From assembly GCF_052425735.1 (NCBI RefSeq), contig NC_135765.1, forward strand, positions 2,542,001-2,606,000: a stretch of 64,000 nucleotides of DNA. Direction: 5' to 3'. Below, piece by piece: positions 39,936 to 51,500 of the stretch. The position numbers and the translations under genes were made by a program. The notes under the pieces are model-generated. The model was not told where the DNA came from, did not search any database, and worked only from the letters and a program-made list of their open reading frames with translations. How positions within the stretch are numbered: position 1 is the first letter of the stretch; each line of letters opens with the position of its first letter. The DNA comes from Oculina patagonica (taxonomy: Eukaryota).

Positions 39936-41436
39936 ATGTCAATCGCGCCGACAATCGCGCCTAAACTATGCTTGTACAACCGCTGTTCGAAGTGTTCGCG
40001 GTGGACTGTTTGGTGGACGGACACCAAACAGTCTCCTGACAACCCGGAGTGCTCTTGCGAGGGGGTCAACTGTTTGGAGGTGTTTCCATTCTTTTCTTCA
40101 ATCCCTTCTTTAAATCTCTTAAAGTTCCATTCAAATTCAGGTAGAACCCCACCTTAAGTTTTGTTCTTGTGAGAAAACAACAGAAGTCAAAGGTTGCGTG
40201 ATATAACCAAGCATGGATTTTAATTCTCCCTCCCTTTCCATCTCCTTAGCCTTTCACCCCCACCTGTCCCTCCCTTTCTACTCTCATTCAATTTAATGTT
40301 TGTTTACATTTCCTAACCAATTCAGTATCGTACTAATCTGTGCCAAGCAATCAGATAATAACAGAAATTTCCCTTAATTTTGATCTCCCATACCAAGACC
40401 TTAGAGTATAAACCGCTAATAAAACAAAACACACTTGATATTTGCAAAGACTCCTTTGACGTTCTATCAACAACCACTGTCCCATCTTCTAGAGGCTGAT
40501 GTTCAAGCATTTTGTAAAGCGAGCAAAGTGGAAAAGGAGACATCTCAAAGATTTCATTGGATTCGTCTTAATCTGAAATGGTATGACGACCATGGACAAA
40601 TGTCACCGAGTGGATATTATGAAGAAAGACGAGCCTGTGGTGATGCAAATTGTTGCGGGACAAGAATATTGCCCCTTGGCACCCCACAGACTCCGAAACC
40701 ATCTCTTTCCCACGTAGGGCATTATGAAGAGCTAAGGGTCGTGGACAATCTGGTAGAAGATCCATTGTCAGAGGAGAAATTGAAGGGGTTGAATTTATTC
40801 CCAGAAATTGAAGTCAACAAAGAAACGTACGAACAGATGGACTATTTCTTGCCCTCGAAAGGACTTGACACTGTCTATTCGCACAGACATGGTCTCAATG
40901 AAGACGACGAAATCAACTTTAGAAAGGTGTTTCCCTGTCCTCAGAACAGTTTAAGGGAAGAAGTAAGGAAGCGCCTGGAAAAAGAGAAGATAAAAGAAAG
41001 AGAGAAGTTACCAATTCCTTTAACGGAGCGAATTTCGTCCGATAAACTTCACGGCGAAAAAACAAGAAGGCTGACAGAAACGCTCAGAGAAATCTGCAAC
41101 TGCTCTGATCCTGACTGCCAATGGAGAGTGACTGGTGTAAAATACGACCTTGTGTCCCGCATTATGGAATATGCAAATAAAGAGAAGATAACCGTGGGAA
41201 AAGAAATCCAAAGAATGGAGCGCAGTGCTTTGGAGCGAGAGCTAAGAGACCTGCATGGACTACCAACAAGTGGGGCAGTGCTTGACGTGAGAGAGCGACT
41301 TGCGAGGGCACGCAAAAAAAAGTGGCTTCCACCACAACCGTGTGAGATTACCAAGGAGAAGAAACAAGGCAACGCAGTGCTAACCGAAGACTTTCTTTTC
41401 ATCTCTTCAGTCATCAATAGCATCACAGATTCGTAG
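39936..41436 (+). CDS. Two-exon ~382-aa Cys-rich protein with two SAP-like motifs (element cargo)
   Basis: Exon 1 39936-40140 (ATG...TCAG|GT; CSKC, CSCEGVNC) joins in phase 1 to exon 2 40493-41436 (TTCTAG|AG); SAP-like LTETLREI...VTGVKYDLVSRIMEY and LERELRDLHGLPTSGAVLDVRERL. Confidence 0.65.
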
Positions 41437-41607
41437 TAGCAAGAAACATTATTTATTTCTCGCCTGCTTTTAGATTAACCTTAGCGTGACATGTCATACC
41501 ACTAGACTCTTCGTGTCCTCACCCGACTGAAGGAAGTGTCGACAAAAAAAAAATGAATGAGGGGTCGTAAGAAAGAGAAAATGTGTGTAAAGTAGATGTT
41601 GTGTGCA

Positions 41608-41990
41608 GCCCGGAATCGAGGGCGGTTCCTGAATGCGTATTAACGCCAGGTGAATCGCTCGATGAACTGTGATGGGCTAGTAATTTGTCTGTTCCTCTGT
41701 TCAGTAATGTGTATGTCATCTTGTTGAATGTAACCCGGAATCGAGGGCGGTTCCTGAATGCGTATTAACGCCAGGTGAATCGCTCGATGAACTGTGATGG
41801 GCTAGTAATTTGTCTGGTTCTCTGTTCAGTAATGTGTATGTCATCTTGTTGAATGTAGCCCAGAATCGAGGGCGGTTCCTGAATGCGTATTAACGCCAGG
41901 TGAATCGCTCGATGAACTGTGATGGACTACTAGTATTAAATTTGTTTGTTCCTCTGTTCAGTAATGTGTATGTCGTCTTGTTGAGTGTGG
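41608..41990. repeat. 125-bp tandem repeat, about 3 copies
   Basis: GAATCGAGGGCGGTTCCTGAATGCGTATTAACGCCAGGTGAATCGCTCGATGAACTGTGATGG recurring at ~41613, 41738 and 41863. Confidence 0.92.
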
Positions 41991-42408
41991 CCAAAAAATG
42001 ATACATCATAAAAGGAAACGGTGCCTTGATCAGTATGTAACTTTTTGTAATAGCAGAATTCTTCACTTAAGTTGAATGAAAAAATCGAAGTTGTAACAGA
42101 CTTCCAGCTGATAGATGTGGAGAAATCGATTAGTTTATTAAAGACAACTGCCAGTGTTATGAATGAAAACAGTAATTTTATGACATTATAAAACGAAAAC
42201 AAGCTTAGCACCAAGGGTGCGACTCTGCAGAGACTCTGCGCCCAACGAGTCATTTCCGTTGAACAATCATTAAACAGCCAAAATGAACAACCGGGTGCTT
42301 AAGAGGGGACTGGGCACTAGTAGTTTCAATGCCATTTTTCTCAAAATCCACACGAAGACCCAACCTCAAAATTTCAGACCTTTCAAATTGGCTCTGATTA
42401 AACATTTA

Positions 42409-42790
42409 GGGGGGGGGGGTTACAGAAGAGACCATGGGTCTACTGGGAAGAGACCATGGGTCTATTGGGGAGGGGGGGGGTGGTACAGAAGAGACCATGG
42501 GTCTATTGGGGAGGGGGGTGGTACAGAAGAGACCATGGGTCTATTGGGGAGGGGGGGTGGTACAGAAGAGACCATGGTTCTATTGGGGAGGGGGGAGGGT
42601 TACAGAAGAGACCATGGGTCTATTTGGGGAGGGGGGTGGTACAGAAGAGACCATGGGTCTATTTGGGGAGGAGGGGGGATACAGAAGAGACCATGGGTCT
42701 ATTGGGGAGGGGGAGGGGTAAAGAAGAGATCACGGGGCTCTAAATTTTGGGGGGTGGGGGGCAAAAGCAGATACCATGGGACTCTTCAAG
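42409..42790. repeat. Right subterminal ~38-41-bp minisatellite
   Basis: GAAGAGACCATGG cores near 42428, 42450, 42491, 42529, 42568, 42608, 42647 and 42687 with G-rich spacers. Confidence 0.9.
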
Positions 42791-44566
42791 GGGGTGGGGG
42801 GCTATATGGGTAGGCAGTCACCTCCACTTATTCTGGTGGGTCCTGAGCTTGTATAGTAGTTTTGACCACTTTCCTAAGCGTTTACTGCTTCCACCGGAAG
42901 TAATTTCACAACAGGCTACAAAATCACTTGTAAATATCACTTCACACCTGCATTGAATGATGTTGCAATTCTAAATTGTGCAACTCAGCAGAAATAATCA
43001 ATTGTCACGAAATGAGTTCCCTTTGTTTAACTATTAGCAACGTTTTAGTGTGTGAAAGACTTGTACCAGTACAAATTTGCGTTCTAAACTTCGTTGCCTT
43101 CGAGCGCTGAACCCCTCACATTCTCAATTGGTTATGTAATGTACCAATTGGGCTACTCACGTTTCAAAATTGTTATATAACGTTTATAAAATTGACAAGT
43201 CACGTTTTTTCTACGACATCGCACGTGTTGACGCACTACCACCGTGTGACGCTTAGAACATCCACAGACAAATCCCTTGAGAAATTATAATATTCCCTTG
43301 AGAAATTAAAACAGTCCCTTGAGAGTTAACAAAACTGTGCGGAATTCGGTCCTAGAGTGACAAGCTTCCCTCCAATATCTTTACCATTTTACTTGTAGAC
43401 AAGCAAAATACTCGATAAAAATGAAATAAAACAAGGTCTACTGGCCAAAGGAAATGAACCAAATCCCTTGAAACGTCATTTTAGTATATGTTTACTATAC
43501 ACAGCTGTGACTGCACAAATACAGCAGTTGTTTCTTTTCATTGGGTACTGTATAGCAATCTCAACTTGATTTTCATACTGTTTTCTCACTTTATTGGACT
43601 ATAGTTTTCCAATGATTGAGTTAGGATGTACCATTGTAACAACAAAAACTTTTCAGTTCTCAAGAAAATAAGAACCTATTTAATATAAAATCCCTGTAAA
43701 CACAATTAATAAAAAAACCTGTTTAGGCTAACTTGGAAAAATGCAGGTTCTTATATGCGGGTTTTTACTGTATAGCATAACCAGAACAGGAGCTAGAATT
43801 GTTTGCTTCCCTGAATAAGATGCTGGCGCATCTCAAGTATCCCCTAGAATACAGTCAGGATTCCCAAGCAAATCACCTGCTCTTAGCCACCATCTCTAGC
43901 AAAATGACAACAAAAAGCATTTCATACCAATTTGGGTTTCGCACCAAAGTGAATCAAGTATAAGCCCTGCATGTCAGCTTTTCTACTGTCAAATGTATAT
44001 ACCAAATAGAAGAAACGTTGATCCTGTGAAAAGCATAAAGCATGAACGATAAGACCGAATGGGATTCTGGGTAGACAACATTAGTAAGCTTAGTAATACT
44101 TCCATTTATTTATAACCAAGATATTTTCTTTCTTTGAGAGCTTTAAAAGCATGATTTATGCAACCTGTCTTATTATAATGTTCATTCTGTCAAAGACGAC
44201 AGTATTTTTTTTTCCAATTTCCCAGTAAACATTTGGGTCGCATCGTTTATGGTTTATGCTTTTCATGGGTCAACGTTTCTTCAATCAGACAAAACAACAC
44301 AGCACAACATTTTTCATTTTTATTCATAAACCGAATACTGTAGATCTTACCTAAGAATTTTAATGAATTAAACTGCAATCTCAAGCTGCAGTAACTTTTG
44401 ACATTGTCTACAACAGCACTGCACAAATGGTACAGCGCCCAATCTTTACAAAATTAAAGTAAAACAAATCGAATCTATAATTGCAACAAAACAGCGTTAG
44501 CCGTTGAATTTCCCAAATGCATTTGTTCTTTAGCAAGCTCCATGTCAGATACATTTTCAAGTATCC

Positions 44567-44950
44567 AAGTTGCTGCTTTTTCCAACCCAGAAAAGGCTTC
44601 TTTAACATCACTAAAGTTCTTCTAAACTGCAATATGTGCGATCGATGAAAACATACTGTTGAATCCCGACAACTCGAACCTTCAAAGTTGCTGCTTTTTC
44701 CAACCCAGAAAAGGCTTCTTAAACATCACTAAAGTTCTTCTAAACTGCAATATGTGCGATCGATGAAAACATACTGTTGAATCCCGACAACTCGAACCTT
44801 CAAGGGAAATCGAAAAAGGTTCAAGTTATCGGGGGTTCGAGTTATGGTGGGCAAAATTACTAAGAAAATGACCTGGAGGGGAATCGAAAAAGGTTCGAGT
44901 TAGCGGGAGGTTCGAGTTATTGAGGGTTCGAGTTTCGGGATTCAACTGTA
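44567..44950. repeat. 119-bp tandem duplication overlapping the left end of a Tc1/pogo-type MITE (~44772-44950)
   Basis: AAGTTGCTGCTTTTTCCAACCC...CTCGAACCTTCAA present twice; MITE ends TACTGTTGAATCCCG...CGGGATTCAACTGTA. Confidence 0.8.
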
Positions 44951-45543
44951 CTTTAAGTTCAGCAAGACGGTAAGTTATTGCTGTTTACGAAAAGAAGTTT
45001 CTCTCCGCAATTAATTCTATCATAAACACGTTGAGGACTCAGATAATCCAACGAGCCCTCGGTACCCAGAAAACATGAAAAACTGTTTGATTTTCCTTGC
45101 TTTACACAGGACGGCGAGGCGTGACACAGTAAGTGTATGGCTTTGCAATTCTGTTTTGCCTCGTTGCGTGACTTTTCGTTTGTTGCGTGACATAGTAGAC
45201 AGTTCCTTGGACTTTCCCGCTTCCACACAACGCCGACGACCGGGACGAACAGTTAATGCTAAGCTTTAAATATCCTTTCTCTACCTTTCAAAACGACTGT
45301 AGTTTGGAGAACTTTTAAAACCACATTGAACAAAACACTTTCTTGTGGACGAATAGCGATGTCAGCAGGACAGATTCGTGGAGGCTTGACTGAACGACTG
45401 ACTGGCAGGGGGAAAGTTTAAAACATAACGTGTCCAAGAAAGAGATGGACGCCAAATGATCCACTCTGTAATGTCCTTGGAACGTCGGCGACCGAAGTAC
45501 AATGTGGCAACTGCGTGGACCGGTGTTTGACGAATAATCCTTC

Positions 45544-48500
45544 TTAAGCAACGTAAACATACACTTTCCTGAAAGAGAATCAAAAAAGATAAGGCTCTAA
45601 GAAATGAACTTCAAAAGTACAGTACAGCTTCACTTCGCCCATAATATAAACAGTCGGGAGAACAAGTGCCAGTTGACGGCGACATCACTCTTCCGACTGA
45701 GCCTGCGTTTTTCGTCCCAAAGTTGCTAAGCAACATGACGTATTTATACGCGCTACGGCTTTCGGAGTACTTGTGATGTGAGCGCGAGCGCTACTTTTTG
45801 ATTGGTATGGGTAATCAAATGGTGACGAGTGAAATTAGGAAATAATTTCACTTGCATTTTGTCAAAATTCGTATAATTTCCCGAGCCTTTAGGCGTATGA
45901 AATTATTTCCTAATTTCACGAGTATAACATTTGATTACATTTTAATATCATAGGTGACAAATTACGCTTGCAATCGTAGGTTTTTGACTGTCATGTGCAT
46001 CGCGAACTCCGAGCTTTGAAAAGTTGAAAGCATACATTTTGCTTAAGTTGGCAAGTTTTTTAGTCTTTGAAGAAAACCTTTGAGAGATTCCTTTTTGCTG
46101 TTGACAAAAAGTTTCAAAGATGAATCAACCGTCAATTATTTCTCACATTATGACCATAGTTCGTCTTGAATGAACTGAAAATGGCGCCCGTGTACTGAAA
46201 ACGCTCAAAAATCCGCTCGATGCCATTTATGTAATTGGCTTCAGTCTTGAAGTCGTTTTGACGTTTTGAAATATAAAATATCATCAAAAGTTTTATAACA
46301 TGGCCAAGGCTAGCTGGCTAAGATAAAAATTCAAGCGAAAATGTACAAAGTTTAAGCTTTAAAACATCTGTTATACCGGACGCCATCTTGCCGCTAACTG
46401 CGTTGCCATGGCAATTTTATAATTTCACATGTGAAATTATAAATTAACGTTAAAATTTCGCGCCAAAATTAAGGAGTAATTTGTCACCTATGATATTAGA
46501 TGTAATAATTCGGAAATTTTTCGAGTGCTTCAACGAAGATTTTCCAAAACTGGCATTTATTCACCCGACTGTAAACAGCTTATCATTGCTCACAGTTCAC
46601 TTGGCCCTGGAGACACAAAAATTCATATACCGTACAGCAAGCCCCGCTAGAATTTCTAAGTAAACCTCTTTTTTTTCCTCCTTCTTTTGAACGAAGAAAG
46701 AATCATTTTGAGTTATTGAGGTATTTAAGAGTAATCCATTAAGTGCATTTTTCCCCCTTTTTGTGAAGATCAGTGAGGTATTAAACAAAACAAACATTTG
46801 CTATTATATCTATTTTTTACGTACATTTTTTTGCTGATTTATGATTTGAAAGTGAGTCCCACTCAAGAGGTCTCGGAAAGAGCTAAGACCTTCTGGAGCT
46901 AGTAAAGTTTTTACGGTAACCCATAAAGCTACCGAATTGAGGATAACTATGATATTGGTCTTCGTGCGCAACAATGTATCGTCTATTACCTATGTTTAAT
47001 TAGGGGGGCATTAGACCACAATCAGATTCCCCTTCGGATAGTTTTTAGCTTGACGCTCGCTTTACTGGGTCACAAAGAGGGCTGTTTGAAGTCTAGCGAA
47101 CTTTCTACGTGACTGACGGGTGTTCTCAAGTGAAACCACGGTAGGCAAGATAAAGCATCTTTTTGTTATATCATGAGTTGTATTATCAGGACACCACAAT
47201 TGTTCATGTTTTGTTGACGAAAACCCGTGCCGCGAAAATATTAACAGAGCAAACAAAAATCCTTGCACGGTAGACTCTGCTCTGCTTTGCATTCATAAGC
47301 TTTTTAGAAATCTTGAAGAGTACGGAAAGGAAAAGTCCTGGATGCACTAAGGAGTTTCGGGTACCTACCTGTCTTCTGGTGTCCTGGCTAAGTATTCTCT
47401 TTCAATCAAACCTTCTATTCTCTTCTTAATGACTTGAGGGCTCGGCATGAATCGCGCTTTTAACTGCTCTGTAACCTCAGCAACTAAAAGATTATGCGGT
47501 CTCTTCTTACGAGCCTTCATTATTCTTACAATCGCAGCTTCGATTCTACACCTTGTTAAGGAAATACACTGGTTCTAATGCTGCTCATAACACTATTTAT
47601 TAACTTCAATAATACGACCGGTATTTTTTGGTTCAAACTACGTTAAAAAAGGATACTCATGTTTTCTGTCTTCGTCGACTTTACTTCTGGTCTCCTTTCT
47701 CTCAGGTTCCAGTTCACCTTTGGCGAGAACTGCGAAGAAGAAAAGAAAGAAACATTTAACAATTGCGACACATAAGTATAAACCAAACACAGACGTTCAC
47801 TGAACCATGATTGCATTGTACCTGTTTGTATTTTGACTCTGTGTAATTTGGACGTGAACTGTTCGTTCACTGAAAACATATCGGTTGTTGCTGCAGAAAA
47901 AGAAAAAGGAAAGATTGTTACAGTAAATATAAATAAACACTGTGAGGAAATCTGTGAAAAAAGCACAGGCGTCATTGGAAGAAAATGCCATGTGTGTTCT
48001 CCACAGAACTCAAGCGTCAATGCTTATTTGACTTCAAAGGTTACTTTGTTAATCATTAACAAATTAGATAATTTAGAATTCTTCCCTAGACACTAACAAA
48101 ATCCACACTACTTACAGTTGTTTGGTTTCTACAATAAAAGTGACGCCACAAAAACATCCGAAGGAAAAAACAACAGTTACCAATAGCGAGAAATCTACAG
48201 TCCACCATCGCCGATAGCTGCTACTGAATTGTGAACTACAGTCGAACCTGCTTTACAGACAGAAACTTTCTGTGGCTCCTAAGAAGACCCTATTACCGGA
48301 ATTTGACTGTTATGCGTACTGTTCTACAGTAGTAAGGATATAAGTTCCAATCTTTCCACTCACATATATCTCTTCCTTTAGGATCTTTAGTGAGAACTCT
48401 TTGCGTTGCTTTTCCACACGCAAGTGATTGTAACGCCCGGTTTAAATCTCTTTCAGGAATTTCTGTATGCTGACTAATTTCCTGCAAGATGAAATAAAGA

Positions 48501-51500
48501 TGATGAGATGACATATTTTTTTTCTGTGTTTGAAAGTACAGTCAACTCTCGCCTTGTAGAAATCTCGCTATTACGGACACCCCGTTATTACGGAGAGGAG
48601 TTGCAGTCCCGGCGAATAAGAATTACTGAAAATAACTTTCGGTACTTCGGACATCCTATATTACGGACACCAAATTGTGGTTCCGAAGGTTTTCGTTATA
48701 GAGGGAGTTGACTATAATAGGACTTTAAACGATTCAACGAGTACAGGTTTAGCAATCATTTTCAACCTAAAAGCGAGGAAATCAGATTAAGATCTTTAAC
48801 TCGCCCCGGACCTTCCTGCCAGCAGATTGGTTGAGTTGTCAAGTGACATTTTATGTATGCCCACCTCATAAGTCCATCTCTCTTGAGTATTAAACAGCAT
48901 TAACAGACACATCTGGTAAGAGGATACTTGAAATATGTGTCGTCGTGTTTCTGTGGGACCACCCTCCTGAAAAGAAATTAGTAAATCATGGTTATAGCAA
49001 ACTTCGTTTTTGACAAATCCTTGGAGAAGTCGCTAATGAATGTTAAAATTAGAATCACTTAAGANNNNNNNNNNNNNNNNNNNNNNNNNNNNNNNNNNNN
49101 NNNNNNNNNNNNNNNNNNNNNNNNNNNNNNNNNNNNNNNNNNNNNNNNNNNNNNNNNNNNNNNNNNNNNNNNNNNNNNNNNNNNNNNNNNNNNACTTTCT
49201 TGGAAGGTGGAAAGGTCGCATTCAGCTCCGCTGTTCCCTATAAACAACAAACAAATCTCTAAATCATTTCACAACAGAAATAGAACAGGGACAAAGAACA
49301 AGACGTTAAGCAAACCACTAAGTAACTGCTGTTTGTTTAACCTGAGCACAAATCTATCAAACTGAAAAACTGTCCTTACTAGTTGTGGTTGAAGAGTCAG
49401 CTGTCTTCCACTGTGACAACCTAAATAGAACCTAGAAAAAAGGTAAAACTTAGATGAATAAAGAGATATAAACTTTACTGTAGAAAGTAATTTACGTTTT
49501 CGTTGGTTGCATTAGCATGCTTAGTGATTGGTTTACAAAACTCGCGCCACTTTCTCATCCAAACAGAGGTTATGCTAAAACCAATCGTGACTTGCTCGTG
49601 CACGTTTGCCGCACTTCGCTGTGGTTACATGTGGTTTTTCAAGGTACTGTCACACTGGGAAATGTTTAGTGCAACTTTTCCATTTTGTTTTGCTGTTGCA
49701 AGACAATTTACAGGAAAAGTTGCTTAGTGTAACGCCAGTTTGGCAACCAAAAAAAAAATGATGGAACATTCTGCAGTTGTAACAAAAAGTTGAACTTGAA
49801 TTTTTTTGTACAATGCTTCCTACTGGCAACAAAAACGTCAAGAGACGTGTCGAGTTTAGTGGGTGTTACACAAATACGGTTTCTATTGCAACTTGTGCCA
49901 CAACAAAACGGTGAGACAACATCAAACAAGGCTTGTTTGGTTATTCCTTGACTGTACTGAACAATCCATATAATTTTTACCTTTTAAAGCAGTCAAAAGC
50001 GTGCTGGGCCTGGGGAGGAACAGTGCACTTTGGCGAGGCGGCCTGGGTTGGCCAGAACCCAGTTGTGAGAACTCGAACTACCAGATCCACTCCCATCAGA
50101 TTTATCTGTAAATGTCACATAAGATTGTCCAATCGACATGCAAAACAACTTTATTTTCATAACTGAACACGAGTGATGCATAACCATCAGATGCAGCGTA
50201 AAGACCAGGGTTATGCTCCAGGAGAAAAACCCCTTGTACAGTACACACAAGGGAGCATTTTCAAGTTTGCTCAATTTGCCCTGGGATCTTTCTCCAAAAC
50301 ATTTAACCAGTTTAATATCATGGAGCATTTTGCGGGGTGGAAATTCTGCTCCTAAGGATGAATTTTACCTGTAAAATCATTGGTACACACAGAGAAGCTT
50401 TGCTCCAGTAGTGTGCCCCTGCGGCATAACCCGGTAGCAAAACCCTTCATGTCTATCAGCCTTAATTAAGCCAGTTAAATATTTGGGAGCAAGATCCTAG
50501 GGCAAACTGACCAAATTTAAAAATGATTCTTCGTGTGTATAGGCCTTAATCCAATACAGGAATGATCTAACTCAAAAGTTGTTTTCAAGCTACACTGTAC
50601 CTGTAATCTTAATACACCTAAATTAGGTATTTACTTCAGAAATCTCCTAAGTGGCAATTTTTGTCTCTTTATTATTCTGTTTACCTGATTATTGGAGATG
50701 TGTTGTCTAAATTCATCATTTGTTGATTGTGATAATGACATGTCTTTGAACATGCCTTCTAGTTTGGATGTAAATTGACATCCACACTCAGTCTGAAAAG
50801 CGAAAAACATGCAAGGTACATGAATTATGCAGCTGATAGCAAACCAATACAAACCACTCTAGAAGTTGTACAAATAATTAAATGCAGTTAAATGCAATTT
50901 AACAGAGTTAACAACAAAGAGCGCCAGTGTTGTTTGGAGTCAGCGGTGTTTCATACATGGGCATGCGCCAGATCCCATGTGCTCTTCGACTGAAGTGTGC
51001 TTTGAGCGTTTGCGGACGTAAGCGTGTTTATTAGCGTGGCAGTTCATGGGACCTCATCTTCAAGGCTTCCCCCCTTGTCCTTATCTTGAGTAGCGTGTGC
51101 ATTATTTGTTTTTTCGTCCGTCGTTTCGAATCTTGCGGTTGTTTCTTTCGTTTGTATGGCACTTCGTTCAAAGCGTACAACAAACAACAGTGCAGCCGCC
51201 ATGTTGGATTCAAGTCAGCCTTCTTCCTCAGCCGATCCTCCCTCTTCCGTCGCAAGTCCTCCCATTAATTCAACTCCGGTGAGCGCTCCACCCTCCTTCG
51301 TTCTCTCTCAACAGGACCTCAGTCAAGCTTTTTCACAAGCCCTGGGGGATTCGTTACCGCGCATTCTGGCGGCGTTGCAAAGCCACACATCGAGTTCTTC
51401 GGCGGCGGGAAACGCGACATCGGGCACAACATCGCCCGTCACAATGTCATCTGGTTCTGCTGTCATTAACCAGCCCAGTCCTCAGGTAATTTGGTCGTTC

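Larger units (their letters stand above)
35625..42874. mobile_element. 7.25-kb PIF/Harbinger-like TIR element with cargo genes, no visible transposase
   Basis: 39-bp TIRs 35625-35663 and 42836-42874 (33/39 match), TAA on both flanks (35622-35624, 42875-42877), and subterminal arrays sharing the palindrome GAGACCATGGGTCT. Confidence 0.8.

Noticed and set aside
49033-49250. ORFs spanning X runs
   Set aside because: Artefacts of the N gap; the flanking CUL3 exons join in frame without it.
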